Positions 46,614-57,155 are shown, numbered from the stretch's first letter. The stretch is DNA of 64,000 nt from Candidatus Pacearchaeota archaeon (GCA_017609405.1 JAFCDZ010000001.1:24880-88879), one strand, 5' to 3'. The notes: generated from the sequence alone by a model not told the origin. Numbers and translations: made by a program.

Positions 46614-47648
46614 CTATTGATTAGTTACAAAATCAAGCAGTTTTTCTTTAAAAACACCAAAACAATGCAAGGAAATTCTCCCCCCTATTGCATCATCATG
46701 CCCGCCCCCAACAACCCCCCCTAACTCTTCTGAGACTTCTTCAAAAATTTTTTTTATGTTTTTTCCTCTTGCAGAAAAGAGAACCTTATCAGAGGTAATC
46801 CTAAAAACAAAAATAAACTTATCTGGAAACTCATAAATCAAACGATTTGCAAGAACTGAACTAATTCCTTTTTTTCCAGAGTATTCAAAAAAAAGAACCT
46901 TAGAACTTTTATCTAAATTAGCTCTTGCTTTTTCAAGGAGTTTTTGATAAATTTTATCAATTTCTAAAAAAGAATCAAAGATAAATTTGTTCTTATTATC
47001 TTGTTTTAATATATCATAAGGGCTCTTCACACCAATCATAAATTCTTCAAGATGAGCAACTCTTTTTATAGAACCTCTAAGAGTGGAATCTAACATCTGT
47101 ATAATTTTTCCAAATTCAGATTCATAAAGCAAAGTAAACGCATCTTTAGTTTTAATACCTAAATCAGGAAATTCTTTTAAAAAAGAAGAATAATAATCTG
47201 GTAGAAATCTATCAGACACACACCCAATTAAAGAAATCCAAGAATCTTGTTTATTTCCAAAAAGCTCAAAAATAATCTCAGTAACAGGAATCTCTTTTTT
47301 ATCAATTAAAAGAGGATTATAATAATTAACAAAAGAGGGGATTTCATCAAAATTAATCTTATGATGGTCTATATACAAAATAGTAATTTCTGATTTTTCG
47401 AGGGAATCAAAAAAACCTTTTGGAACACTTGGAATATCCAATATAACAATTAAATCTGGAGAATTCTCATTTATTTTTTTAAGCATTGCACTTGAAGAAA
47501 CAGTTTTTTGAATAAACCCCACACCTTTTCCAAAAACCCTCTTCAGTAAAATAAAAGAACAAAAACCATCAAGATCATTATCATAAAAAAATAAAGGGTT
47601 CTGAGATTTCTTTATTAATTTTCTTACACATGATTTACTAATTATCAT
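46614..47648 (-). CDS. DHH/DHHA1-family phosphoesterase (NrnA/RecJ-like)
   Basis: DHH motifs DNDLDG and YIDHHK. C-terminal DHHA1 GGGH (GGVVGGGHDDAIGG). 344 aa. Confidence 0.7.
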   Translation of the reverse strand: MIISKSCVRKLIKKSQNPLFFYDNDLDGFCSFILLKRVFGKGVGFIQKTVSSSAMLKKINENSPDLIVILDIPSVPKGFFDSLEKSEITILYIDHHKINFDEIPSFVNYYNPLLIDKKEIPVTEIIFELFGNKQDSWISLIGCVSDRFLPDYYSSFLKEFPDLGIKTKDAFTLLYESEFGKIIQMLDSTLRGSIKRVAHLEEFMIGVKSPYDILKQDNKNKFIFDSFLEIDKIYQKLLEKARANLDKSSKVLFFEYSGKKGISSVLANRLIYEFPDKFIFVFRITSDKVLFSARGKNIKKIFEEVSEELGGVVGGGHDDAIGGRISLHCFGVFKEKLLDFVTNQ

Positions 47649-47824
47649 AGATAATCAACAAAAAAGATCTTTAAAAACATTAAGAAAACCCCTAATTTAA
47701 AAATCTTAAAAAGGGTTAACAAAAAAGCCCCATAACCATGATAAACCTTATTCTTATTGGTTTATTGAACCTTGCCAAAAGATAATTATTTTATTAACAA
47801 TTTCATTTAGGTAAAAGTTTTCAA

Positions 47825-48889
47825 TTATAATGAAAAATCCTCCAAAACTTCTGTCTTTAATTTTTTATATCCAAAAAAATCAGTGGTATAATTGTATGCT
47901 CCAGCATTTAAAAAAACAATTTTATCCCTAAGTTTCTTTGGCTTTAATTTAACTTTATACCTAAAAATATCATCTCTTGTTGGAGAGTTTCCTTTTATTA
48001 AATAATAAATACCCTCTTCATCATCGCTTAATTCTCCTTCAACAAGCATTTTGTTATTTCCAATCAAAGTATCTAATGCACAATTATAAATTGTTGTATT
48101 TATGATAATGTTTTTTCCTTGAATCTGAATAATTTCTGTTTCTAGTTTAACTGCAGGAGCAGCAATAAACCTTCCTGGCTCAATATAAGTTTCAATTCCT
48201 TTTTCTTCAAGAAACTTTTTTGCTTCCTCAATTTTTCCAAAAATATATTTGAAAACTTTTTCAGTATTTGACTTGTAAATTGAAGGAAGGCCTCCTCCAA
48301 GATTAATAAAATGAATTGAATTAAAATTTTCAGGCAAAATTGAATTTTCTAGTTCAGACTTTATTTCCCATTCAGAAACATTCTGAGATTTTCTATGAAT
48401 ATGAATTCCTAATTTTTCAATTTTTTCATTATTCTTTAATTCAAAAAGCAATTCATTAATTTTTTTAGAAGGCATTCCATAAACAAAATATTTTCCAGTT
48501 CCAACTCTATGCTCTTGAAATTTCATCCTTAACCCAAGCCAGATTTTTTTGTCAGAAAAATTAAGAGCATCTAAAAGAATTTTCAAATCAATTTCATTAT
48601 CTACTACAAATTTATTAATCCCTTTTTCAAAAAGAGCTTTAATTTCTTCGATAGATTCAGCTTGAAGAAAAAACCAGATTTTATTTTTATCATTAATCAT
48701 ATCAATTTCTTCTTTTGCATGAATAGAAAATTCAATATCAGAAGTTTCAGGCATAGTCTGGAGTATATCTCCTACTTCTCTATTAGTTTTGTAAGAATAT
48801 GAAATCTTTAATCCAAGAGATTTCAATTTTTCAATTTGCTCTTTGAGAACTTTTTTAGATAAAAGAAACTTTGCCTCACTCATTTTCAA
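47825..48889 (-). CDS. PLP-dependent Orn/DAP/Arg decarboxylase-family enzyme (fold III)
   Basis: PLP-Lys region SYSYKTNREVGDIL and Gly-rich loop NLGGGLP. 354 aa. Start overlaps the DHS stop. Confidence 0.55.
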   Translation of the reverse strand: MKMSEAKFLLSKKVLKEQIEKLKSLGLKISYSYKTNREVGDILQTMPETSDIEFSIHAKEEIDMINDKNKIWFFLQAESIEEIKALFEKGINKFVVDNEIDLKILLDALNFSDKKIWLGLRMKFQEHRVGTGKYFVYGMPSKKINELLFELKNNEKIEKLGIHIHRKSQNVSEWEIKSELENSILPENFNSIHFINLGGGLPSIYKSNTEKVFKYIFGKIEEAKKFLEEKGIETYIEPGRFIAAPAVKLETEIIQIQGKNIIINTTIYNCALDTLIGNNKMLVEGELSDDEEGIYYLIKGNSPTRDDIFRYKVKLKPKKLRDKIVFLNAGAYNYTTDFFGYKKLKTEVLEDFSL

Positions 48890-49820
48890 GGAAACCTTCT
48901 TCTTTTAGTTTGTCTAAAACACTGCACATCATTAAAGGAAAAGTTATTGTAACATCTCCATGAACAGTAGCAGCTTCTGCATCATCTTTTATTTTTCCCC
49001 AAGATTTTGCTTCTTGTGTTGTTGCTCCTGACATTGAGCCAGAAGAAGAGTGCGAAGTTGTAAGATAAACAGCATAATCAAAACCTCCAGAAAGCAAAGC
49101 AGCAAAAACAGCATAATGTTTTGAAATGCTTCCACCCAAAGAGATTAAACCTTTTTTTTCATCAAAACTTAGTTCAGTAATAACTTTATTCATATCTTGA
49201 ATAACATCAACAATAAAGTCCTTGTGTTTTTGCTGAAACATAAATAATTGAAACCCAAAACTTGAATCAGCAATTCCAGGGCAATAAATCTGGATGTTAT
49301 TTTTCGCTGCCTGATATAATATAGAATTTTCATCATCTAACATTAAACCAATTTCTCTCAATAATTCTGAAACCATTATACGCTTTTTTTTCTCATAAAT
49401 TTTCATTAAAAACTCGTTCATTTTATCTTCAAATTTCATATAACTCTCATTTCTAATTACTAAATTTCCAATACGATTTTCTCCTCTCTCATGCAAAGCA
49501 TTATCATCAGCATAAAAACTTGAAATTTCAAAATCTTCACCCATAGCTTTCATAATATCTTCTTCAATTGCTCCAGAAGTTGTAACCAAGATGTCAGGAA
49601 TTTTTAATTTACATAATTGAGCAAAAAAACCTCTTAATCCAGAAGTTACCATATTTGAAGTAAAAGTCAAAAAAATCTTTGCACCTGAGCGCTTCATTTT
49701 AAGAACAACTTTTGCTGCCTCACTTAACTCATGAGCCTGAAACCCCAAGCTATCAAAAGCATCAAGCATCTCACTTACTTTCATTCCAGGTTTCCATAAA
49801 AAATCTTTAACTTTTTTCAT
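48876..49820 (-). CDS. dhs: Deoxyhypusine synthase
   Basis: IFLTFTSNMVTSGLRGFF and GGSISKHYAV motifs, characteristic of DHS. 314 aa. Confidence 0.85.
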   Translation of the reverse strand: MKKVKDFLWKPGMKVSEMLDAFDSLGFQAHELSEAAKVVLKMKRSGAKIFLTFTSNMVTSGLRGFFAQLCKLKIPDILVTTSGAIEEDIMKAMGEDFEISSFYADDNALHERGENRIGNLVIRNESYMKFEDKMNEFLMKIYEKKKRIMVSELLREIGLMLDDENSILYQAAKNNIQIYCPGIADSSFGFQLFMFQQKHKDFIVDVIQDMNKVITELSFDEKKGLISLGGSISKHYAVFAALLSGGFDYAVYLTTSHSSSGSMSGATTQEAKSWGKIKDDAEAATVHGDVTITFPLMMCSVLDKLKEEGFLENE

Positions 49821-50056
49821 TTTACGAGATTATGAAAAATTTAGGCTAACTAAAGTAAATAAAGCACAAACTACAGAATTCTAATTAATAATAGGGATTG
49901 CCCTTGATTTTTGAATGAAAATTAATTTCAATTCATACTCCATGCTAAAATGCATTAACAAGGGTTTTTAAGGTTTTTGTCTTGGTTGGGAAGGTAGTTG
50001 AGGGGGGATGACTCGGGACATAAATTTTTAAAAAAAATAAAGATTACTAAACTCAT

Positions 50057-50287
50057 ATGGATAAAGAAACAATTAGTATAATTTTTCTAGTAATGACTGG
50101 AATTTACATTTTAGGATGTTTAGCCTCTATAACTTCAGAATCTGCAAAAGAGATAGTAATTTTAGGCATAAAAGCTCTTGGAATAATGGGGGTTTTAATT
50201 TTAGCCGCCCCTCCTATAGGGTTGATTATATTCATAATATCTCTAATAATAAAATCTTCATGGAATTCGCAGGAGAGGGGTTTATGA
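50057..50287 (+). CDS. Small membrane protein, hypothetical
   Basis: 76 aa, two TM helices. Partly antisense to the YrdC N-terminus. Confidence 0.25.
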   Translation: MDKETISIIFLVMTGIYILGCLASITSESAKEIVILGIKALGIMGVLILAAPPIGLIIFIISLIIKSSWNSQERGL

Positions 50288-50858
50288 CTCTTCTAAAAAA
50301 GTTGCTAATGACTTTCATAGGAATAATAATCTCTTTAGCATTTGCGACATCAAATTTTTCCGATATGCAATACGGAAATATAATCAATATAGTAGGGGCT
50401 ATTGGAACTCCTGCTTCTTTAATCAAAGCCAAAGCAATAGGATGAGAAGGCATTCTTATTGCTACGCTATTTAATCTTGCTGTAACAACATCAGGAACAA
50501 TTTCAGATTTTTTAAAAACAAGTGTAAGAGGGCCAGGCCAAAATCTATCAATCAACTTCCTTGCAGAATCAGGAATCTCTTTAACAAGTTTTTTAATCTC
50601 CTCAACATCTGACACATGAACAATAAGAGGATTGTCAGCAGGCCTGCCCTTTGCTTCAAATATTTTTCTAACTGCATCAGCATCTAAAGCATTAGCACCA
50701 AGCCCATAAACTGTTTCAGTAGGAAAAGCAACAAACCCGCCTTTTCTCAAAACCTCTGCTGCCTCCCTAATCTTGGAAATATTCTTATCTAAATCATTAA
50801 CCTTCAAAACTCTTGTCTTCATAATAAAAGAACTAAGAGATACATTAAAAATTTTCAC
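50232..50858 (-). CDS. tsaC: L-threonylcarbamoyladenylate synthase (YrdC/Sua5/TsaC)
   Basis: FVAFPTETVYGLGANALDADAVRKIFEAKGRPADNPLIVHV is the YrdC signature. The real start is probably the internal MKTRVLKV, near 50822. Confidence 0.8.
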   Translation of the reverse strand: MKIFNVSLSSFIMKTRVLKVNDLDKNISKIREAAEVLRKGGFVAFPTETVYGLGANALDADAVRKIFEAKGRPADNPLIVHVSDVEEIKKLVKEIPDSARKLIDRFWPGPLTLVFKKSEIVPDVVTARLNSVAIRMPSHPIALALIKEAGVPIAPTILIIFPYCISEKFDVANAKEIIIPMKVISNFFRRVINPSPANSMKILLLEIL

Positions 50859-50897
50859 CCATCAAAAAAATTTATATTCCTTCTAGATTCAAAAGAT

Positions 50898-51302
50898 ATG
50901 AATAAAAAAAGATTATCTAAAGAAATATCAAAAATATTCATCCTTATAATATCGGGAATTATCTCATTAATATTATTTTCAAACAGGTATAATATAAAAG
51001 AATTAAAAAAACCTTATTTAATGGGAACTTGGATAATCTATTTAACCCACCTTATTTCAGGGTTTATAATTCCTATACTCTTTTTCATTATTCTTTCGGG
51101 ATTGCTTTTCTTTTTTATTGGAGAATTAAATAAAAGAGACAAAAAATTAATAATAAAAATAATATTTACTTTAGTAATTATATTACTTATTTTATGGGAA
51201 CTAATTTACACCCCAATTGTATTTAAAAGATTAGATTTCATACAGATAATCTTTGAAACAATAGGCATTATATTCTCTTTTATTCTACTAAATTCGTTCT
51301 AA
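50898..51302 (+). CDS. Membrane protein, hypothetical
   Basis: 134 aa, four TM helices. Confidence 0.35.
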   Translation: MNKKRLSKEISKIFILIISGIISLILFSNRYNIKELKKPYLMGTWIIYLTHLISGFIIPILFFIILSGLLFFFIGELNKRDKKLIIKIIFTLVIILLILWELIYTPIVFKRLDFIQIIFETIGIIFSFILLNSF

Positions 51303-51450
51303 ATCAAACTCCTTATTAATTTTTATTCTTCCATAAATTCAAAGCTTCTTTTATTGAAAAATGCTTAAAGATTATTCTTAAAATACACTGTTCAATAAAT
51401 AAAAACTCTCTTAAGATTAAATTTAAAAAGAAGAAAATAGCAAAAATATA

Positions 51451-52239
51451 ATGAAAACACGAAAATATAACACAATAATAAAAGCTCTAATAATTGGAAG
51501 TTCATTCCTTGAACCAACAACATACTCAAAAGAAGCGGGAATCAAAGAAGAAAGGGCTTCAGAAAAGATTCAGGTAATAAAAAAAGTTGACGTCAAAGAA
51601 GAATACGGAACATTAGTTCATATAAAAATCACTCACATGCCTCCCCCTGGAGAATTATTGAGATTAATAAAAAAAGCAGAAGCAACATACTTTTTATCAA
51701 GAGGTAAAATAGATTACAGGGGAACTGCAAAAGAATCTATAAGAAAATTTCTAAAGAGGATGAGCGATTCCCAAAAACAAACCTATAGAATAATTAGAAA
51801 AATTAATCCGCAAAGAGTTTATGTGGAAGGATATGAAAGAGGGGAAAGGCCTTCTCTTGAAGAATTAGCAAGAGCAGCAGAAAGAGAGCATAGAGAAATA
51901 AGGCAATTAGGAATGAATAGGATAGATTCGATACAAAGCCCTTTAGAAACTTTTTATAAACTAAAAAAAGAAAATATAGAAATAATTGGAGCAGATACAT
52001 ACACTTCTAAAGAAGAAACAAAACAAGTATTAACAGAATTAAAAAAAGGAGATTTAAGGAGAATAAGAGATAAAAGAGAGAAAAAAACAATTGAGTATGT
52101 ATTACAATATGGAGAAGGAAAAACAAGAATAATAGTTTATGGAAAGAAACATAATTTTGTAGAAGAAGTTCAAAGATGGAATAAAAGTCATCCAAGAGAA
52201 CAATTTGATTTAGTAGAGATTATAACAAGAGATTATTAA
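51451..52239 (+). CDS. Hypothetical protein (possible N-terminal signal/anchor)
   Basis: 262 aa, R/E-rich. No motif recognised. Confidence 0.35.
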   Translation: MKTRKYNTIIKALIIGSSFLEPTTYSKEAGIKEERASEKIQVIKKVDVKEEYGTLVHIKITHMPPPGELLRLIKKAEATYFLSRGKIDYRGTAKESIRKFLKRMSDSQKQTYRIIRKINPQRVYVEGYERGERPSLEELARAAEREHREIRQLGMNRIDSIQSPLETFYKLKKENIEIIGADTYTSKEETKQVLTELKKGDLRRIRDKREKKTIEYVLQYGEGKTRIIVYGKKHNFVEEVQRWNKSHPREQFDLVEIITRDY

Positions 52240-52579
52240 ATAAGGATTAGTAAAAAATTCTAACTGCATTGAGCTACAAAGAAGAACGAGTTCCCCCATT
52301 AATTAGATGCACACTGCCTTAAAATAATTCTTCTGTTAAACCTTTTAACAAAGATTTCAACTAAAAACAACAAGATATTTTTAAGAGAGAGTGAGTGATA
52401 TATAAAGAATAAAGGGTTAAGGCTTTTCATAGAAGTAATTCTTGTTTTCTACCTTTATTTTAAGACCTTCTCATCAATAAAGAGATTTTAAAGTTTTGAG
52501 GGAGTAGAAGGAATTATCCTAAAAAAGAAGCATAATATGATTAACTCAAAGTTTAAGATAATAAATTTAAATGAAAAAA

Positions 52580-53860
52580 TCAAAATTCAATCCTATCCTT
52601 AATTTCTCCAGCAAAATTTTCAAGCATTTTTTCTTTGACAACCTCTTTATTCTCTGCCCAATTCTTATGTCCTAACACCCATCCTAGTTTGACAAAAGCA
52701 GTTTCGGCAAGCATATCTTCTAAAAAAATAACCCCTGTTTTCATAAGTTCTCTTCCATTGCTATAAACAAGAGGGTCCAACCTTCCGTAAATTGTTTGAG
52801 GAGCAGCACAAATAATTAAACCTTTGTCTTGAACTTCTTTTAATTTTTTAAGCCAAGGATGAGTTTCATTATGAATTGGAGCATGGCCTAATCCTGCTAA
52901 CTCCAAGACAACTCCTTTGTATCCTTGAGAAAGATAATAGTCTAAAATAGAAGGGTCTTGTCCAGGATAAACTTTTACTAATGCAACTTTTTCTTCAAAT
53001 TTAGAATCTAATTTAATTTTTGAATTTTTTCTTGGGGAATATTCTGAAAGAAAAATAATTTTATCTTTGTCAACTTTGGCAATTGGCTTGTCATTGATGA
53101 TTTTAAAAGCATCTCTCTTTGAGCTGTGCATTTTTCTGACTTTTGTTCCTCTCATAACATAGCAAAAATCATCATTTGAAGAGGCATGACCTACTAAAAC
53201 TACCTCTGCAATATCTAAAACAGCAACTTGCGCAGCACAAACAAGATTTAATCTTGCATCACTTGAAGCCCTATCAATACTCCTCTGAGAATAAGTTAAA
53301 ACAACTGGTTTATTGAGCTCTCTTAAAAAAAATGATAAAGCTGAAGAAGTATAATGAAGAAAATCAGTTCCATGAGTGATAATTATTCCCTCTATTTTTG
53401 GATCATTCAAAAATTTTTCAGCAGATTTTGCAATTTTCTTCCAATCTTTATAATCCATATCTTCTGATGCTTTCATAAAAGGAACATCAATTTCCACAAT
53501 ATTGACTTTTTCAAAAATCTCTGGATAAGCTTTGAAAAATTCTTCTGGTTTTGTAATCCACTTAACAGCCCCTGTTTTTGTATCCAATCTTGAAGCAATT
53601 GTCCCACCAGTAATAATCATTGCAATATTTGGCTTTGAGCTGTTTTTCTTAAACTCAAAATTATCTTCTTTTTTCTCAAATTTCTTAATCAATTTAATTT
53701 CAGAAACATCTTTTTTCATAATTCCAATATTATATCCATTTCCAAGCTTTAGTAAATAAATTCCTGGCTCATCTTTCGGAGGTTCTAATAAAATTCCTTC
53801 ATAAATTTTTGTTGGAGTGTGAATTTCAACATAATCCCCAAAATCAGCTTTTTTCTCCAT
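52580..53860 (-). CDS. gatD: Glu-tRNA(Gln) amidotransferase subunit D / asparaginase-family protein
   Basis: Asparaginase active-site motif IITGGTIAS after a ~80-aa N-terminal domain. 426 aa, GatD-sized. Confidence 0.7.
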   Translation of the reverse strand: MEKKADFGDYVEIHTPTKIYEGILLEPPKDEPGIYLLKLGNGYNIGIMKKDVSEIKLIKKFEKKEDNFEFKKNSSKPNIAMIITGGTIASRLDTKTGAVKWITKPEEFFKAYPEIFEKVNIVEIDVPFMKASEDMDYKDWKKIAKSAEKFLNDPKIEGIIITHGTDFLHYTSSALSFFLRELNKPVVLTYSQRSIDRASSDARLNLVCAAQVAVLDIAEVVLVGHASSNDDFCYVMRGTKVRKMHSSKRDAFKIINDKPIAKVDKDKIIFLSEYSPRKNSKIKLDSKFEEKVALVKVYPGQDPSILDYYLSQGYKGVVLELAGLGHAPIHNETHPWLKKLKEVQDKGLIICAAPQTIYGRLDPLVYSNGRELMKTGVIFLEDMLAETAFVKLGWVLGHKNWAENKEVVKEKMLENFAGEIKDRIEF

Positions 53861-53909
53861 AACAAGATTAAATAAAAAACCTATAAAAAGATTTGGTTAT
53901 TATTCGCTA

Positions 53910-54203
53910 CTATCTTTTTTTGAATCTAAGTTTAATATTCTTAATTAATTTTTCTGTATTTTGAACTACATATTTAACATATTCTTCATCTATTTCTGTT
54001 CCATAATAGAGCAATCCATTTCTAAAATATCTTAATTCATCAAGAAATAAAATACATTTTTCTTCAAAGCCAAGTCCCTTTAAAAAAGAAATCTCTGCCC
54101 CATGAGCACCAACCCCAGAAGCAACATACCCTTTTTTTAACATTTCTGCTCTTATCAAAAACATCAAAGAATCATAGCATAATAAAAGATATTCACCAAG
54201 CAT
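53910..54203 (-). CDS. Small alpha-helical protein, putative HEPN-like partner of the MNT (R-x4-Y-Y motif)
   Basis: 97 aa. LRYFRNGLLYYG resembles R-N-x3-H-x-Y of MNT-associated HEPN proteins, but with Tyr in the His position. Paralogous arrangement to 15126-16152. Confidence 0.35.
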   Translation of the reverse strand: MLGEYLLLCYDSLMFLIRAEMLKKGYVASGVGAHGAEISFLKGLGFEEKCILFLDELRYFRNGLLYYGTEIDEEYVKYVVQNTEKLIKNIKLRFKKR

Positions 54204-54354
54204 ATCCCTGTCATAATCAAAGACACTTATTTGCTTTTTAATACCCTTAGCTTTCTTTCTGAATCTTTAATTAAGTTCATTGACCTTTCTATATCAGGAG
54301 TAATTCTTCTTATTGTTCCATTACCAACATATTCTTTAAATTTCTTTATCATAA

Positions 54355-54885
54355 TTAAACGCTCCCAAAAAGAACAATTCCATTTAGGATATTATTTTTT
54401 AAATGTCTACTTATCTTATTAAAGGAATCAAAAAATAATAAATGAACCTCCCTGCCTAATTTTTTTTCATATTTTTCTAAACTTAAAGCTTTTCTCTTTC
54501 TTCCTATAATTGCAATATCAATATCAGAATTAGAAGTATCTTCTCCTCTTGAATAACTACCAAAAAGGATTATTGTAGCACCAGGAAGATTCTTTAATAA
54601 AAAATCTGAAAGCCCTGAAAGGAAAATCTGTTTTAAATTTTCTACTCTTTTTAATTCAATTGCCTTTTTTTCACCGCTAAGTTCAATAAGGTTTATGTTC
54701 TTTAATTTAGTGATCTTAATTAGTTTTAATTTTTCAAGCCTTTTGACAGATTTCCCAATCGCTGTTGGAGAGACATTAAGCAAAATTGCTGTTTCCCTCT
54801 GGCTTAATTTCTTTCCTGCTTCCTTGCATAAAAATGAAAAAAGCTTTTGATCAAGGGGTGTCAACTCAAAGTCACCATTATCCAT
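54355..54885 (-). CDS. Winged-helix HTH fused to a minimal nucleotidyltransferase (MNT)
   Basis: HTH (LSQRETAILLNVSPTAIGKSVKRL) and NTase motif GSYSRGEDTSNSDIDIAI. 176 aa. Confidence 0.7.
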   Translation of the reverse strand: MDNGDFELTPLDQKLFSFLCKEAGKKLSQRETAILLNVSPTAIGKSVKRLEKLKLIKITKLKNINLIELSGEKKAIELKRVENLKQIFLSGLSDFLLKNLPGATIILFGSYSRGEDTSNSDIDIAIIGRKRKALSLEKYEKKLGREVHLLFFDSFNKISRHLKNNILNGIVLFGSV

Positions 54886-54989
54886 TTTAGTTTATATATG
54901 TAAACTAAAGTTTATATAAGATTTTCTTTTTTAAATTCATGAATCTAAATCAAAAAAACCTTCAAAATAAATTTAAGTAATAAGATATT

Positions 54990-55265
54990 TCAGTCTTTAT
55001 TTTTATAACTCAAAATCCCCATTAAACCAATTCCACCAATAGCAAAATACCCTAAAAGAAAATAATCTAATCTTTGTTTTTTGAGCTTTGCTCTACTTAG
55101 CTCTTCTCTTAAAGAATAATCTCTTGGAAGTTCTGAGATTTTCTGTCTAAGTTCAAAAATTCTATCTTGAGTTGATTTATATTCATAAGTATTATTGATT
55201 GCTCCAAGTAAGCCAAGAACCAAAAATCCAGATGAAATTGCTCTGACCAATTTACTCTTTTCCAT
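54990..55265 (-). CDS. Small membrane protein, hypothetical
   Basis: 91 aa, two hydrophobic helices. Confidence 0.3.
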   Translation of the reverse strand: MEKSKLVRAISSGFLVLGLLGAINNTYEYKSTQDRIFELRQKISELPRDYSLREELSRAKLKKQRLDYFLLGYFAIGGIGLMGILSYKNKD

Positions 55266-55472
55266 TTTAAATAAAAAAGAATGAAACTTTTATTTTTTTC
55301 TAAAGAGGGAAGCGATTGTTTATAGAATATTAGCAGTAGAGATAATTTCCAGCCGAAGACGAGATTTTAATGAATATTAAGCAGAGTAAACTCATAGAAA
55401 AGGTGAAAAAACATTAGCAAAGTTTTGGCTCCAAGACAAAACAATTAAAAGTAAAAACTGTTTTTATAATTC

Positions 55473-55877
55473 ATGCCAAAATTTAGGGAGATTACAACAT
55501 CGAGTGGGAAAAAAGTTCTTGGTGGAAAAAGTGCTGAGAATAATGAAGAATTAATTGCCCAGGTAAAGCCGAATGAATATGTCCTCCACACTGCAAAACC
55601 AGGAAGCCCTTTTGTTAATATAAAAGCCCCTAAATCAAGAGTAAGAAAAAAAGATATAAAAGAAGCAGCAATATTCTGCGCTGCAAAAAGCCGGGATTGG
55701 AGAGATAACAAGGGGGACGTGATGGTCCACTACTTCCTCGGACAAGATATCTACAAAACAAAAACAATGAAACCTGGGACTTTCGGAGTTAAGAAGCATG
55801 AAGAAATAAAGATTAAAAAACAAGAAATTGAAGATTTTTTAAAGAAAATTAAATCAGAAGAAACTAAAAATGGTTGA
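55473..55877 (+). CDS. NFACT-R/DUF814-like RNA-binding domain protein
   Basis: VLHTAKPGSPFVNIK...AAIFCAAKSRDWRDNKGDVMVHYFLGQDIYKTKTMKPGTFGV resembles the NFACT-R_1 (DUF814) pattern. 134 aa. Confidence 0.45.
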   Translation: MPKFREITTSSGKKVLGGKSAENNEELIAQVKPNEYVLHTAKPGSPFVNIKAPKSRVRKKDIKEAAIFCAAKSRDWRDNKGDVMVHYFLGQDIYKTKTMKPGTFGVKKHEEIKIKKQEIEDFLKKIKSEETKNG

Positions 55878-56124
55878 AACAGTTAGAAAAATACCTCTTG
55901 GAAAAAAAGGCTTGACAAAAGAATTTCTAAATTCCCTAAAAAACCAATTTAAAAAACAAAAAAACATAAAAATAAAAGTTTTGCAAAGCGCAGTATCTGA
56001 AAGAGCAGAAATAAAAACCACTGCAGAAAAAATAACAAAAGAACTTGGAGATAACTACACAGCAAAAGTAATTGGATTCACAATTGCAATAAAAAAGTGG
56101 AGAAAACCCAAACAAAACAAATAA
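55870..56124 (+). CDS. CRM/YhbY-domain RNA-binding protein
   Basis: LGKKGLTKEFLNSLKNQFKKQKNIKIKVL...TAEKITKELGDNYTAKVIGFTIAIKK follows the YhbY/CRS1 layout. 84 aa. Confidence 0.55.
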   Translation: MVETVRKIPLGKKGLTKEFLNSLKNQFKKQKNIKIKVLQSAVSERAEIKTTAEKITKELGDNYTAKVIGFTIAIKKWRKPKQNK

Positions 56125-57155
56125 AAGGAGGCATAATGAAAAACCCTGCAAGAATTTTCATAATAATCTTATTCCTTCTTTTAATTGGATTATATTTTAT
56201 ATTAAAATCTCCAATAAAAAAGGATTTAGATGAAATTCAAAATTATCAAAGAGTAAATATTTCTTATTTAAAAGGAATCTGGCCTGCTCCAGGAACAGAA
56301 GATATTGTTTTAGAAAAAGAAAGCAATAAACTCAAAAATATGGGGGTGAATGTTTTTCCAATTTCAGTGTTATTTAATATTTATCAGGATGGCTCAATAA
56401 AACTTCTCAATACCAAAGAATGGGAAGGAAAAGGCAAAATAGAATATACAGAGAGAATAAGAAAAGCTCATGAAAAAGGATTTGCAGTTTTTTTAGAATT
56501 AGACCCTGTTTATGTAGGAAAAAACGATTATAAAGGGGGAATTCAATCTACAAAAATTCCAGAAAAGATTAAACAAAAATTTATAGAGAACTTTGAAGGA
56601 ATTGTTTTAGAATGGGGAGAAATAGCTGAAAAAGAGAAAGTTGAATTTTTTTCTCCAATAAATGAACCAAATTCTGAAATAAGCTTAGGAAATGAGCTTT
56701 CAATAAAATTTATAGAAAAAATTCTTCCTTTAATTAAAGAAAAATTCAAAGGAGAGATAGTCATAAAATTTGCTGAAGCAGGGCCAAAAAATATCTCAAA
56801 ATATGGAACAATAAAAGGATATGATTATTTGGCAATTGATGTTTATGCTATGGGTGTTTCTGAAAAAGAATTTGAAGAATACCTTAATCAGATAATAAAA
56901 GAATCTCTTGAAAAAGTTGAAAAATATAATTTAAAGGGATTTATTTTTGGGGAATTAGGTGTGGAGCCAAAAGATGAATCTTTTCAAGCAAGTGTTTTTC
57001 AAAGAATTTTTGAAAAAACATGGAATAAAACAAAAGGATATCTTATTTCTGGATGGGGAGAAAATATAGACCCTTCAGATGATTTTAATGTAGTATTTAC
57101 AAATAAGCCTGCTGAAAAAGTAATTAAGAACTGGTATAAAAGAGAAATTTCTTAG
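56097..57155 (+). CDS. Membrane-anchored glycoside hydrolase, GH5-like
   Basis: N-terminal TM anchor. GH5-type acid/base motif FFSPINEPNSE and a putative nucleophile in GFIFGELGV. 352 aa. Confidence 0.45.
   Translation: MEKTQTKQIKGGIMKNPARIFIIILFLLLIGLYFILKSPIKKDLDEIQNYQRVNISYLKGIWPAPGTEDIVLEKESNKLKNMGVNVFPISVLFNIYQDGSIKLLNTKEWEGKGKIEYTERIRKAHEKGFAVFLELDPVYVGKNDYKGGIQSTKIPEKIKQKFIENFEGIVLEWGEIAEKEKVEFFSPINEPNSEISLGNELSIKFIEKILPLIKEKFKGEIVIKFAEAGPKNISKYGTIKGYDYLAIDVYAMGVSEKEFEEYLNQIIKESLEKVEKYNLKGFIFGELGVEPKDESFQASVFQRIFEKTWNKTKGYLISGWGENIDPSDDFNVVFTNKPAEKVIKNWYKREIS

Noticed and set aside
50116-50445. ORF-track 109-aa plus-strand frame
   Set aside because: It is antisense to the well-supported YrdC/Sua5 gene and has no motif. 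Likely spurious.
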